DNA from: the human T2T-CHM13v2.0 reference genome, Homo sapiens
Assembly: GCF_009914755.1 (NCBI RefSeq)
Contig: NC_060944.1
Reading direction: 5' to 3' (one strand)
DNA length: 64,000 bases
Under the pieces are notes generated by a model, which was not told the DNA's origin, made no database searches, and worked only from the letters and a program-made list of their open reading frames with translations. This document shows, piece after piece, positions 16,801 through 28,299 of the stretch (position 1 is the stretch's first letter; the number at the start of each line of letters is the position of its first letter). Position numbers and translations under genes: made by a program.

Positions 16801-18835
16801 TACTGTGAGGGGAAGTGGTCACACTGAGGGGAGGTGGTCATAGTGTGAGGGGAGGTGGTCACACTGAGGGGAGGTGGTCACAGTGTGAGGGGAGGTGGTC
16901 ACACTGAGGGGAGGTGGTCACACTGAGGGGAGGTGGTCACAGTGTGAGAGGAGGTGGTCACACTGAGGGGAGGTGGTCACAGTGTGAGGGGAGATGGTCA
17001 CACTGAGGGGAGGTGGTCACAGTGTGAGGGGAGGTGGTCACACTGAGGGGAGGTGGTCACAGTGTGAGGGGAGGTGGTCACACTGAGGGGAGGTGGTCAC
17101 ACTGAGGGGAGGTGGTCACAGTGTGAGGGGAGGTGGTCACACTGAGGGGAGGTGGTCACAGTGTGAGGGGAGATGGTCACACTGAGGGGAGGTGGTCACA
17201 GTGTGAGGGGAGGTGGTCACACTGAGGGGAGGTGGTCACAGTGTGAGGGGAGGTGGTCACACTGAGGGGAGGTGGTCACACTGAGAGGAGGTGGTCACAC
17301 TGAGGGGAGGTGGTCATACTGTGAGTGAGGAGGTAGTCACACTGAGGGGAAGTGGTCACACTGAGGGGAGGTGGTCACACTGAGGGGAGGGGGTCATACT
17401 GCGAGTGGAGGTAGTCACACTGTGAAGGGTGGTAGTCACACTGAGAGGAGGTGGTCACACTGAGGGGAAGTGGTCACACTGAGGGGAGGTGGTCATACTG
17501 TGAGGGGAAGTGGTCACACTGAGGGGAGGTGGTCATAGTGTGAGGGGAGGTGGTCACACTGAGGGGAGGTGGTCACACTGAGGGGAGGTGGTCACAGTGT
17601 GAGGGGAGGTGGTCACACTGAGGGGAGGTGGTCACAGTGTACGGGGAGGTGGTCATACTGAGGGGAGGTGGTCACAGTGTGAGGGGAGGTGGTCACACTG
17701 AGGGGAGGTGGTCACACTGAGGGGAGGTGGTCACAGTGTGAGGGGAGGTGGTCACACTGAGGGGAGGTGGTCACACTGTGAGGGGAGGTGGTCACACTGA
17801 GGAGAGGTGGTCATAGTGTGAGGGGAGGTGGTCACACTGAGGGGAGGTGGTCACACTGAGGAGAGGTGGTCATAGTGTGAGGGGAGGTGGTCACACTGAG
17901 GGGAGGTGGTCACACTGAGGGGAGGTGGTCATAGTGTGAGGGGAGGTGGTCACACTGAGGAGAGGTGGTCATAGTGTGAGGGGAGGTGGTCACACTGAGG
18001 GGAGGTGGTCACACTGAGGGGAGGTGGTCATAGTGTGAGGGGAGGTGGTCACAGTGTGAGGGGAGGTGGTCACACTGAGGGGAGGTGGTCATAGTGTGAG
18101 GGGAGGTGGTCACACTGAGGGGAGGTGGTCACACTGAGGGGAGGTGGTCATAGTGTGAGGGGAGGTGGTCACACTGTGAGGGGAGGTGGTCACATTGAGG
18201 AGAGGTGGTCATAGTGTGAGGGGAGGTGGTCACACTGAGGGGAGGTGGTCACACTGAGGGGAGGTGGTCATAGTGTGAGGGGAGGTGGTCACACTGAGGA
18301 GAGGTGGTCATAGTGTGCGGGGAGGTGGTCACACTGAGGGGAGGTGGTCACACTGAGGGGAGGTGGTCACAGTGTGAGGGGAGGTGGTCACAGTGTGAGG
18401 GGAGGTGGTCACACTGAGGGGAGGTGGTCATAGTGTGAGGGGAGGTGGTCACACTGAGGGGAGGTGGTCACACTGAGGGAAGGTGGTCACACTGAGGGGA
18501 GGTGGTCATAGTGTGAGGGGAGGTGGTCATAGTGTGAGGGGAGGTGGTCACAGTGTGAGGGGAGGTGGTCACACTGAGGAGAGGTGGTCATAGTGTGAGG
18601 GGAGGTGGTCACACTGAGGGGAGGTGGTCACACTGTGAGGGGAGGTGGGCACACTGTGAGGGGTGGTAGTCACACTGAGAGGAGGTGGTCACACTGAGGG
18701 GAGGTGGTCACACTGAGGGGAATGGTCATACTGTGAGGGGAGGTGGTCACACTGAGGGGAAGTGGTCACACTGAGGGGAATGGTCATACTGTGAGGGGAG
18801 GTGGTCACACTGTGAAAGAAGATGATCACAGTATG
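13861..18835 (+). repeat. ~5-kb G-rich minisatellite (VNTR) of 19-bp GAGGGGAGGTGGTCACACT and 21-bp (+GT) variant units, roughly 240-250 copies
   Basis: Directly visible tandem array with degenerate edges. Copy number estimated as length divided by ~20. Confidence 0.98.
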
Positions 18836-19897
18836 AGAGGTCATCCTTCAAGAGGCAAGTGCCCAAAAATCTGTTTATAATCTAGAGCAATATTTGCCTG
18901 AAATAAACTTTAAAAGTGGTTTTACGCTATTTAACCCAGTGTCAGAACAGCAGCATACAATATGAGCTCAAAATCTTGTATAATTTTAGTAAGGTAATTG
19001 TTTTTGGTTGGTTTGATACAATTCTCCAGAAAAATTAAGGAAGAAAGAGCCAACCTCATACACATTGCAGAATATATCCACGAGGCCTTACTGGTGGCAC
19101 CCAAAGTTTTCAGAACCTCCCAGTACTTAGTTGTGAGAATCAGTTGCTTTTTCCCTATCACTGCCTTTATTGCTCTAGTTTAAATCTTAATTCCTGCAAC
19201 CCTCACTGACTGCTCTTTCCAATGTGTGCATAATCTCCAGCACCCCGTTGTGTCTTGCTTAGCCAAGTGGCAATGACTTTATGCCTCCATATAGCTTGAG
19301 TCTGTTTTCCTATCTATAAGCTCTTATCACTAGTAAGTTAATAATCCAACAAAACCCTGCAAGGAATTGCCTTTTCTATTCAAAATAGAAGGAATTATTG
19401 GAAGTTGAAATAAATGTACCATCAGAGTCCACAGACTCTTGATCTAGGGTGATGTTCAAGAATCACAGTGTTTGGAAAGCAGCCAGCTCAACCCTGGGGG
19501 ATGTGCTTTCTAGAAGTACCCTACTCTGGAGGGCAGATATGCAGTGGTGAAGCAAATATAGCAGATGTTAACTGTGGAGTCCAGGTGCAGGTGTGCAGGT
19601 GTTCAGTGGACAATTCTTCAACTTGCCTCTGAAAATTTTTATAATGAAATGTTAGGAAAATCTCTACTACACTGTACCTATGTGCAGCATAAGATTCTCA
19701 GCTTCAAACAACTTTATTCTTTCTGAGCCCTACCTTTTTAAATATATCAATAAAATTTGACTTGATTGTGAATTTATTCTAAGGTTTTAAAATCCCACTT
19801 CTTGGGAATTATAAGCAAGAAAACTTTTCATATAGGACCTTTCAAGTAAAAAGGTTTAATCACTCCTTTTTTTTATTTTTAAATTTTTTTATTTTTA

Positions 19898-20278
<381 letters not shown>

Positions 20279-20279
20279 C

Positions 20280-20605
20280 TAACCTGGATGACTCTTGAGG
20301 ACATTATGCTAAGTGATATAAGCCAGTCACAAAAAAAAGTACTACAGGGTTCCACTCATATGAGATGCCTGCGTAGTCACATTCATAGAGACAGAGGTGG
20401 TTTCCAGGGCCTGGAGGATGGGAGGGTACGGAGCTGGTGTTTAATGGAGACAGCGTTTCAGCTGACGAAGATGAGAAAGTCCTGGAGATGGACAGTGGTG
20501 AGGGTTACACAGCAATGTGAATGTACTTCATGCCACTGAACTGTACACCTAAAAATTATTAAAATAAGACATGTTGTGTATACTTTGCCACAATTAAAAA
20601 TAAAT
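20280..20605 (+). mobile_element. L1MB-like 3' UTR fragment
   Basis: gaggacattatgctaagtga...aatgtacttcatgccactgaactgtacac...caattaaaaataaa. Confidence 0.78.
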
Positions 20606-20737
20606 TTTCAAAAGCTAGAAAAAAAATGACCATCCTTGCAGAGCTGACTACTGTTGTTTTCATTCTCATGAAACTGCCGTTACAACTGTGCAGGGTCCAA
20701 TTAATTTCTGTATCTGGCCTCTTACTGTGTTTTACAG

Positions 20738-20938
20738 GAGGAAGATCTTCCTTCCATAGAGCAGTTAGCCCATCAAATAGAAGATGAGGAAATCAACCCG
20801 ACTGAGAAGCCCAGGCAATACCTCAAAAGAGTTTTTGAGGAATCCATCTACAAAACCCTGGTGGAGAGAAGCACTCTTGACTACCTGCACTATAACCGCT
20901 ACCACCTGCCCATGTACGCGTGGCCAGGCATCGTTTAG
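20738..20938 (+). CDS. CFAP61: Coding part of the terminal exon of CFAP61
   Basis: Acceptor cttactgtgttttacAG ends at 20737. Reads EEDLPSIEQLAHQIEDEEINPTEKPRQYLKRVFEESIYKTLVERSTLDYLHYNRYHLPMYAWPGIV then TAG (20936-20938). Missed by the ORF track because it has no start codon of its own. Confidence 0.9.
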   Translation, partial: EEDLPSIEQLAHQIEDEEINPTEKPRQYLKRVFEESIYKTLVERSTLDYLHYNRYHLPMYAWPGIV

Positions 20939-21199
20939 TTGTAGGCAGGGTCTCCCCTTTATGGTTTTCATTTATTTAGTTCCTGGAAACGCGCTCTGTA
21001 GAAATAGAAAAGTTCTCTGCAGCCTGGTTTGACAGCGAAGCCAGCCCCTGGTGGTTTTGTTCACTCCTTTCCTTTCCTGACTTATGCCTGTAGTTTTCTA
21101 TCATCCCAGTAGGTGGCACACGGCCGTGTGCCTCTCTTCTGGGGCAGGCTCGCTTTACAAATCCCAGGCATGTTCCTGTGCAGAATAATCCATTTCAGC

Positions 21200-21260
21200 A
21201 ATAAAATGAGATCATACTGTGTAAAACTTGTTTTTACCTTGGGTGTGATTCTGTTTGATT
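21200..21260 (+). terminator. CFAP61: CFAP61 polyadenylation signal and downstream GU/U-rich element
   Basis: AATAAA at 21200-21205, about 260 nt after the stop, followed by ttgtttttaccttgggtgtgattctgtttgatt. Confidence 0.75.
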
Positions 21261-23322
21261 TCCTGGAAACTTCCGCTGCCAGTCTTGTTAGTTCTTCACA
21301 TGTTTACCCAGCAGTACTTGTGGGTGATAAAAAAGAAAATGTGCCCAGAATGGAAAATTAGTAAACAGATGATGAGAAATTAAATCTGCAGTCCAACATA
21401 AGAAGCAGTGATTGTGTAGGAAAGCTTACATGACCTTTGGAAAGGAGGAGGCTGTATTTCTGTTTCAAATTGCAGATGAGGAGCATAAAGTCACAGAAAA
21501 GTTGGGTGCTCAAGGGGTTCACACATAGGTTTTAGATTAGTACGTGGTAACGTGGTAATGGGAAGTTCATCAAAGTTCATTTTCTTTGATCCTTAGCACT
21601 GTTGCTTTGCATTGAGGGGGGCGGGGTGAAGGGGTCCCTAGTACATGTCAACTCTAATGTGGATCAGAAACCCTTTTTCTTATAAATAAAGCAAATTAAT
21701 TGCCCACTAGTAACTAACTGCATGGATTCAGGAATGAGGGGGAACAACACATAAGATTGTGCTCATTTATTGGGTCTCTCAGTAGACAGTGTGACACAAT
21801 TTTTCACAGCAGGGCTTAAAACTGGTTTTTGTGAACAATTCCAGTTTTTTCTTCATGTGTTGTATTTTATGTAAATGTTGAGCAAAAGTTGGCACAAGAT
21901 AAGGGATACACAACTATTAGAAGGAAAGTCAGAGCTGGCATTACAGCACTGTGTACACATTATCAAACTCTCTGCTGCAAACTGCCAACTTGTTGGAACT
22001 GCAAAGTTATTTGATATTGATATTTCTGCAAAATAAAATTGTTCCAGAATACTGGACTCTTGATTTTCCCAAGGCAGGCAAAAGCAAGCAATAAATGCTC
22101 CTAATTCCTTCACATGCACGTTTTCCGCAAATGCATGGGTCACTGGGGGGAGGGTCCAGCATTGGCCATATGGTACACACTGTGTCACTTGAATGGGGAA
22201 CAATTGCTACTGGTCCACTCTTCAGAATTCAGACCCAGCACACGTGGAACCATATTTCAGGGGCTGGTGAATGAGTCAGCTCAAGCAACTCTCCTCCCCT
22301 GTCCCATTCCCCTGAAAGGACCTGGGTCAAACTCATAAGCAAAAGGAGTAAGTTTCTGTGACAGGTCCTGGGACCCCTGGATGCAGATTAACAGAACAAT
22401 CTCGGAGGATCAACAGTTATGACTTCTGTGACCAAGTATTAGCATTAAAAAGCCTCCAGTCACATAAAAGTGACCCCAAATGACAATGTCAACCTTAATA
22501 CCAAATCATGCATAAATGTGACAGTAAGTTTTCCTTTGCTGCCTTTTGAAAAAGGAGTGTTAGTGCTCCATAAGTATCACAGCAGACTTGAAAATATCTA
22601 GAATATATTTTAGTGTACAAAGTATATTGGGTGACATTATTTTAATCCTTATCTCACACTTCGAAAGTGGGTAATTTACAGGCTATTTAGCATAGATGCT
22701 AAATAATTTCCCGAATCTAAGAATCTTAGCATATCTGTTCAGACTTGAAAACTTTATCACTGAACAAGTTGCCTAAGAATAAAAGAGGAATTCAAGAGTT
22801 GTTGGTTATAACTTGCAATTGACTATTCTAAGGGCTTTGGGAAAATAACGGTGAAGATAAAGCCTGGCTTTTAAAAGGAAGGGCTTGAAACAGACCAATA
22901 TTTGGACTTGGCTTGCACAAGGCATGAATTCCGTAAGTGGATTGAATGCTTGGCGTCTCTACATATTTCAGCACTTGCTGCTGAGCTGGGGACATCTTGG
23001 GCTGTAAGCCTGATCTTGGAATTCTACAGTTTTAAGCAAAGAATATTAATCAGAAAATACCAAAGTTAATTTTCCAAAGTTTTATTCCCCCAAATCACAT
23101 GCAACAACCCCGCCTTCTGATGCCTCTAATTGCTCTCCCAACAGATGTCAGTTTTTAATAAAGAGTGTAACCACCGCCTTTCCAAAAATGGCTTATTATG
23201 GTTTTACTACACTCAAACATCACAGGAGGGCAAGAGAAAAATCAACGATGAAGTGAGGGAGGGAAGGAAATATGGCATGGAGCATAAAATGTAAAGCCAG
23301 CCAATCAATATTTACCCTTTCA

Positions 23323-24200
23323 AGAGGGAGAGAGAGAGAGGAGGGAGGGAGGGAGGGAGGGAGAGAGAGAGAGAGAGGGTGCGCATCCGAGTGAGCCAGT
23401 GTTAGCCAAGAAGCAGGGAGCAGGGCTCGAAAGTCGCCGAGCGCCGAGTGCGAGGAGCTGTTGATTGTTTTCTGGTTGAAAGAAGAAGTGATGATAAGGC
23501 TGGGATAAAGTGAGCGCCGGCAGGGGCGCAGAGCCCGCAGCTGTATGCTAATGCTCACAGAAACCAAGCCTCCGCGTCCCCCATTAAAGCAGGCGACCAG
23601 GAGGCCACACATCACTGAACAAATAGGCTCTCTCTAGACAAATAAAATAACACACGTTGGCCTGTGGGGAGTGGGGGGAGAGTAAGAGCAGGGAGAAGAG
23701 TGGGGGGAGAGTAAAGGAGGGGGGAGAGAGAGAAGGAAAGAGAGAAGGGGAGAGGAATGGGAGACTGGGAGAGAGGTGGGGGGGAAGAGAGGGAGAGAAG
23801 ACAGAAACAAGCGAGGGAAGAGACAGGAGAGAGGGACGAGAGGAGAGAGGGGAGCAGAAAGACAGCAAAGAGGGCTGGGGGAACTGGATGGGGAGGGAGG
23901 GACAGTGGGAAGAAGGGGCTGGGAGAGAAGAAGGGGGCCAGTTATGGGGGGGACACCACAGGTCGGGGGGGGGATTAGGAGTGAAAGAGATGGGAGAGAG
24001 AGGAGAAGGAGGGAGAGGTGACACCGTGGGGAGCAAGAAAGGAGGGGAAAGAAAAGAAAGGAAGAGACAGAAGGAGAGAGAAGGACAGGAGGAGGGAGAG
24101 GAGGCGGATGACACAAGGAGGGAACCAGAGGGCGAGGGAGGAGAGCAGGGACGGGAGAAGAGGGAAAGGCGGAGGAGAGAGGAACGGCGGTGGTGGGGGA
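23323..24200 (+). repeat. Polypurine (GA/GGGA) low-complexity tracts
   Basis: (GA)n(GGGA)n(GA)n at about 23323-23378 and a ~530-bp A/G-rich tract at about 23665-24200. Confidence 0.9.
23538..23552 (-). promoter_or_regulatory. ASCL1(Mash1)/POU3F(Brn) composite E-box-octamer element upstream of INSM1
   Basis: Minus strand ATTAGCATACAGCTG fits ATT[A/T]NCAT[A/T]CAG[C/G]TG, the octamer-plus-E-box motif (consensus recalled) known from proneural target enhancers. It lies ~5.2 kb upstream of the INSM1 ATG. Confidence 0.7.
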
Positions 24201-24279
24201 GGAGCACCCGCCAACCCCATAGCAAGGACGCTCGCCAGGGTAGAAAGTATGCCCTTGTGGACCCCAGGAGTCTGGCTGC

Positions 24280-26055
24280 CTCTTCGTCCTCCTGCGGCAG
24301 GCGAGGCGGGGTGCAGGTGTGAGTGGGGTGGGAGGAAGGGGAAAGGATCGGGGTCGCCGCAGCCTTTCTGGTCAGTTTCGCTGGGTTTTGTCAGTTCCGT
24401 TTGAGACCGAGGCGCACGGACTAGCGGCCGCCAGCACCTCACAGGTGGAGGACACCTCTTGCGCCCCAAGGTCAATGTCATCCCGATGGGTCCCGTGCCG
24501 TCCTGACTCTCCCTGACCTAATTCTTTGGTTATGACTTTCTCACCTTCTGGGCTTCGCCTCTGCCAGCTTTCGCCGACGTCGCCCTTCCCGCCGCCCGCC
24601 CGGGCCTTCCTACCCGCTCTCCTCCCTCCCTGGCCCGACGGTCCCACTGAGGCAAAAACAAACAGCCCTGAGGGCACTTCAAGGAGCGTGCAGTGGCCCC
24701 GACGGTACTCTCGGGGGGATAAAAGAGGTGGCCAGCCACGCCGTCGGCCCCCGGCCGAATAATGGGCGCGCAGCAGATTGCCAGGGGGCACTTGAAACTC
24801 GAGGGGAGGGAAATACTTGAGCGCGGTCCCTCCCCGCGAGGACGCACGACGCAGCCTCGCGGATCGTCCCTTGTTCGCTCTCTTTCATGCACTCTCCTTT
24901 TGTGTGGAATTATCTAAACGGGAGATCCCTGGCAGCTTTATGCTAATGCGCCGAACAAAGGCAACGGCCCGCGGGCGGGAGGCCCGGAAGGTGCCTGGGG
25001 CCGGGCCGGGCGGGGTGGCGGCCAGGCGGGCTGCGCGTGTCTCTCGCGTGCCCCTGGGACTGACACAACAACCCCTCATTCCTGCAAATACAAAGCCTCT
25101 CACCGGCTCGGGTCGGGCGCACCCGGCGCAGGGAGGCGCTGGTCCCTCCGGGCGGCGGGCACTGCAGCGGTAACGCACGGTTCCTGCCGGTTGTGGCTCG
25201 GGGGACTGAGGGCCGGGAGTGGGGGCTTCTGTGAAGCCAGAAGAGAAGTCTGCAGCAGAGTGGTGATGAGGGGCGCTGACACCTCACCCCCAACGCCGAC
25301 GTCTCCAAACGCGATACCCTCTGCGGGGTGAGAATGCGGGCCCGCCCGGCTCCTCCCGTGAGGCCAGGGCCTCCTGTTCTCCTAGACACCCCAAGGAGCC
25401 AACTCCTCCGCAGAAGTTCCCCGCTTCTGCTCTTATTTCCAAGCTTCGCGCTTTCTACAAACTCCCTGTTGCCTTGACTTTGATTTCCAGCCGTGGTGAG
25501 GGTCAGAGTGAACCCCGGCGCGCTCCCCGACGGCATCCCCGCACACCAGGATAGGAGAAATTGGAGGGCCTGGGGCCTCGGGCTCCGCAGTCGTCGGAGG
25601 AAGAACCCACCGCGGGGTCCGCAAGGGAAAGTGAAGAGGCCCGGGATTTTTCCAAAGCGCTGGCCAGGACCCCGAAGGAAGGGGAGGAGTCACCTGAAGC
25701 CGGGGAAGGCCCCTTGGGTGCTCTGCCTTGGATCCTTATGTTCACTGACTTTCGCGAAGCCCCCCTGGAGGGGGGCAAATCCGCGCTGTTTCCCCCAACT
25801 TAACTTCACGCGGCCCATTCTCCGAATCGCGTGCGCCAAGGCCGGCGTCGGGGGCGCACTGTGATGGCGCTTTGCTCTTCCCAGGCGAAGACAAATATCT
25901 CGACCCGATGTCCCCATGCATGCGGGTGCACAGGTTCTGAGAAAATCACGCAGAAGGCGGCTGCGATCCACGGCCCGGGCTGGGCTACACCTGCTTGGAG
26001 GTCGCTGGTGTGTGCGTGCGCGCGTGCGCAGCCTAACTCCTTCCAGCCCCGGGTG
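24280..26055. promoter_or_regulatory. Upstream CpG island
   Basis: High GC and dense CpG compared with the flanks. Confidence 0.8.
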
Positions 26056-28299
26056 GTGAAATTAGTTTCCAATACTAGTACCTTTCAAGTTTCCATTTAT
26101 TTTGACTGTACCCGTCTGAAAGCAGATTTCATTTACGCTAGCAAGACTGGAAGCCACAAATAAAGAAAAAGAAACGGATTCATTGAATCTCAGTATCTCA
26201 GTAGCGTTTAATAGATTCCCTTGGCTAAATTCAGAGCCCTGTTTGAATTCACTCACGCAGGAGTTGTTTTGTTTTTTTTGTTGGTAGAGGTGCCGGTTTC
26301 CCATCCCCACGGCTTATTTACAATTATGGGTGTTGTTATTTTTAAAGGATTCACAAGGTGACTAACTCTCTGTTATCTGTTGAATGGAAGGAGTGTTACA
26401 TATGCAAGACCGAATGGGGCAGGCCGAGCCCCCGCCCTATGCTATTCTACAATCCAGATGGGATTCGTGATTAGAAAATAAAATTGGCCAAAGCTGTCTC
26501 GGAATCCTTTTCCCACTTCTAATTTCATCAGCACTATTAATCAGAGCTCAAAAGAGCAAGGAAATAACATCAGTTACTTTTAGATAGAAATATGTTTATA
26601 AATTTTAGATAAACTCATTTTAAGATTTCTAACTTTTGGGGAGACTAGCACTCACCACAGCATTTTTAAAACTAGGGTGAGACTTTTCAAAATATATTTC
26701 ACTATATGCATTCTTCCCTTTTCAGTGTGTGAGTTAAAATATTACAAACATAAAATTATCAAATATCTTTCCCTTGATTAACCAACCTGATTAACCCCTT
26801 AATTAATTAAGCCTAACAACTGTCCCCATCACAACTTATGACTCATGTGGACTCTATTTTTACATGTTTAATTTCTACGCCAGGGTATTTTCAGAGGGAA
26901 AATCCAAAACAATTAAATACCTTCAGTGGAATTAAGCGTAAGTAAAACTCAGCAAAATCTGTCTGGTATACAAAGCTTTGCAGAAAAATGTTTCCTTCTC
27001 TTTCAATAAAGTGACATTTTCCTCACAGCATATGACATTTTATGTGGCTTGGCTATTTGTTCCCCAGTGTTGGACGATCAGGGCCACTACGCACTCGTGG
27101 GGTTCTCTGCCCTGTCCCCCGAAGATTCTGCCTTTTGTGTTTCCTCGGGGCTGGGCTGGACAGAGGATGGAGGCAGGCGGCCCAGTCTGGGTCCAAACGG
27201 AACGGCAGCGGAGGTGGGGGTGGGGGTGGGGGCGGGGGGAATCTTCGCTGTTGTCTCTTCCTGGTGGCACAGGGGAGGCGGCTTGTCCTCTCGGAGGCCT
27301 CAGCCTGCCTCAGAGTACAGATTGCCCCCCCTCCCCCCGTCCAGCACGCGTCTCTTTTGCGTCCAGATTGGCCGCGACCGGAGCTCAATAGCAGGAGGTT
27401 AATTTCCTTCACAAAGGTGAAGGGGGCACGGCTCCGTGGGGGCTGCGCCCAGACAGGCAGCCCCTTTATTTCGCAGCGCCTTGATTGGAGCCCTTGATTT
27501 AGCATCTGATGTCAACCGGCAAACAAAATGCCCGCTCGGAATGAAAATGCATGAGGCCGCGCGGGGAGGAGAAAGCCAACTTCACTGGGGCGCACGAGGC
27601 CGACCGCGCGTTTCGGGCTTCGGCCAACTCGACCCGGATTAACCGAGCCTTGGACCACGCGGAAGCTCCGGGCGGCCTGGGTCGGGCCCCGCCAAAGATG
27701 CCATTCCCAAGCCTCCAAGAACCCAAAAGTTCAGAAATTCACGTTCCTCTGGGAACCCAGCCCAGCCCGCCCGCGCTCCAATCCCGCGCTTTCGGGAGAC
27801 TGAGAAGGCCGTGCCAATTCCTTCTCAAACTCGAAAGAAACCTTCTCTAGCCCCGTGGGCGCGCGGAGGCTGCGAGCACAAACATCGCCCTCGGCCACTG
27901 CCAGAAGGCCGGGCCCCCTGTCCACACTTGGAACCCCGGGGAACCCTTTTGCTTGGCCTCTTGGGTCCAGCGGCCCATCCGTCCAAGGTCCGGGCGGAGG
28001 CCGTCCGGACCCTGCTGCTCTCTCGGATTCTTGTTTATTTCCCAAACACCACGCGGAGCCACTGCGCCTCCGCAACGATCTCCCCCGCACCGCCCCGGCG
28101 CGCCCCCGCCCCCACCCAATCAGCGCGCACAACTTCCCCCTCGGCTCCGGCTCGCGGATTGAACCCTCCTGACATATTTGGGGCCATTCTTCTCCTTTGT
28201 TGCTATTTTGCTAGCGACCCGCGGGTAATCCCCGCGCGGGAGGGGGGCGTGCATTGTCGCGCTGATGGACGGGCCCATTTGGCGGCTCCGCGCCCCCCG

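Noticed and set aside
13861-18835. CRISPR-like array or PRDM9 motif array
   Set aside because: No unique spacers and the context is eukaryotic. The unit GAGGGGAGGTGG is one base out of register with the PRDM9-A motif CCNCCNTNNCCNC.
23584-24481. Several 130-220-aa ORFs in the purine tract
   Set aside because: Simple-sequence translations (E/R/G or S/P/L rich) that lack stops only because of base composition.
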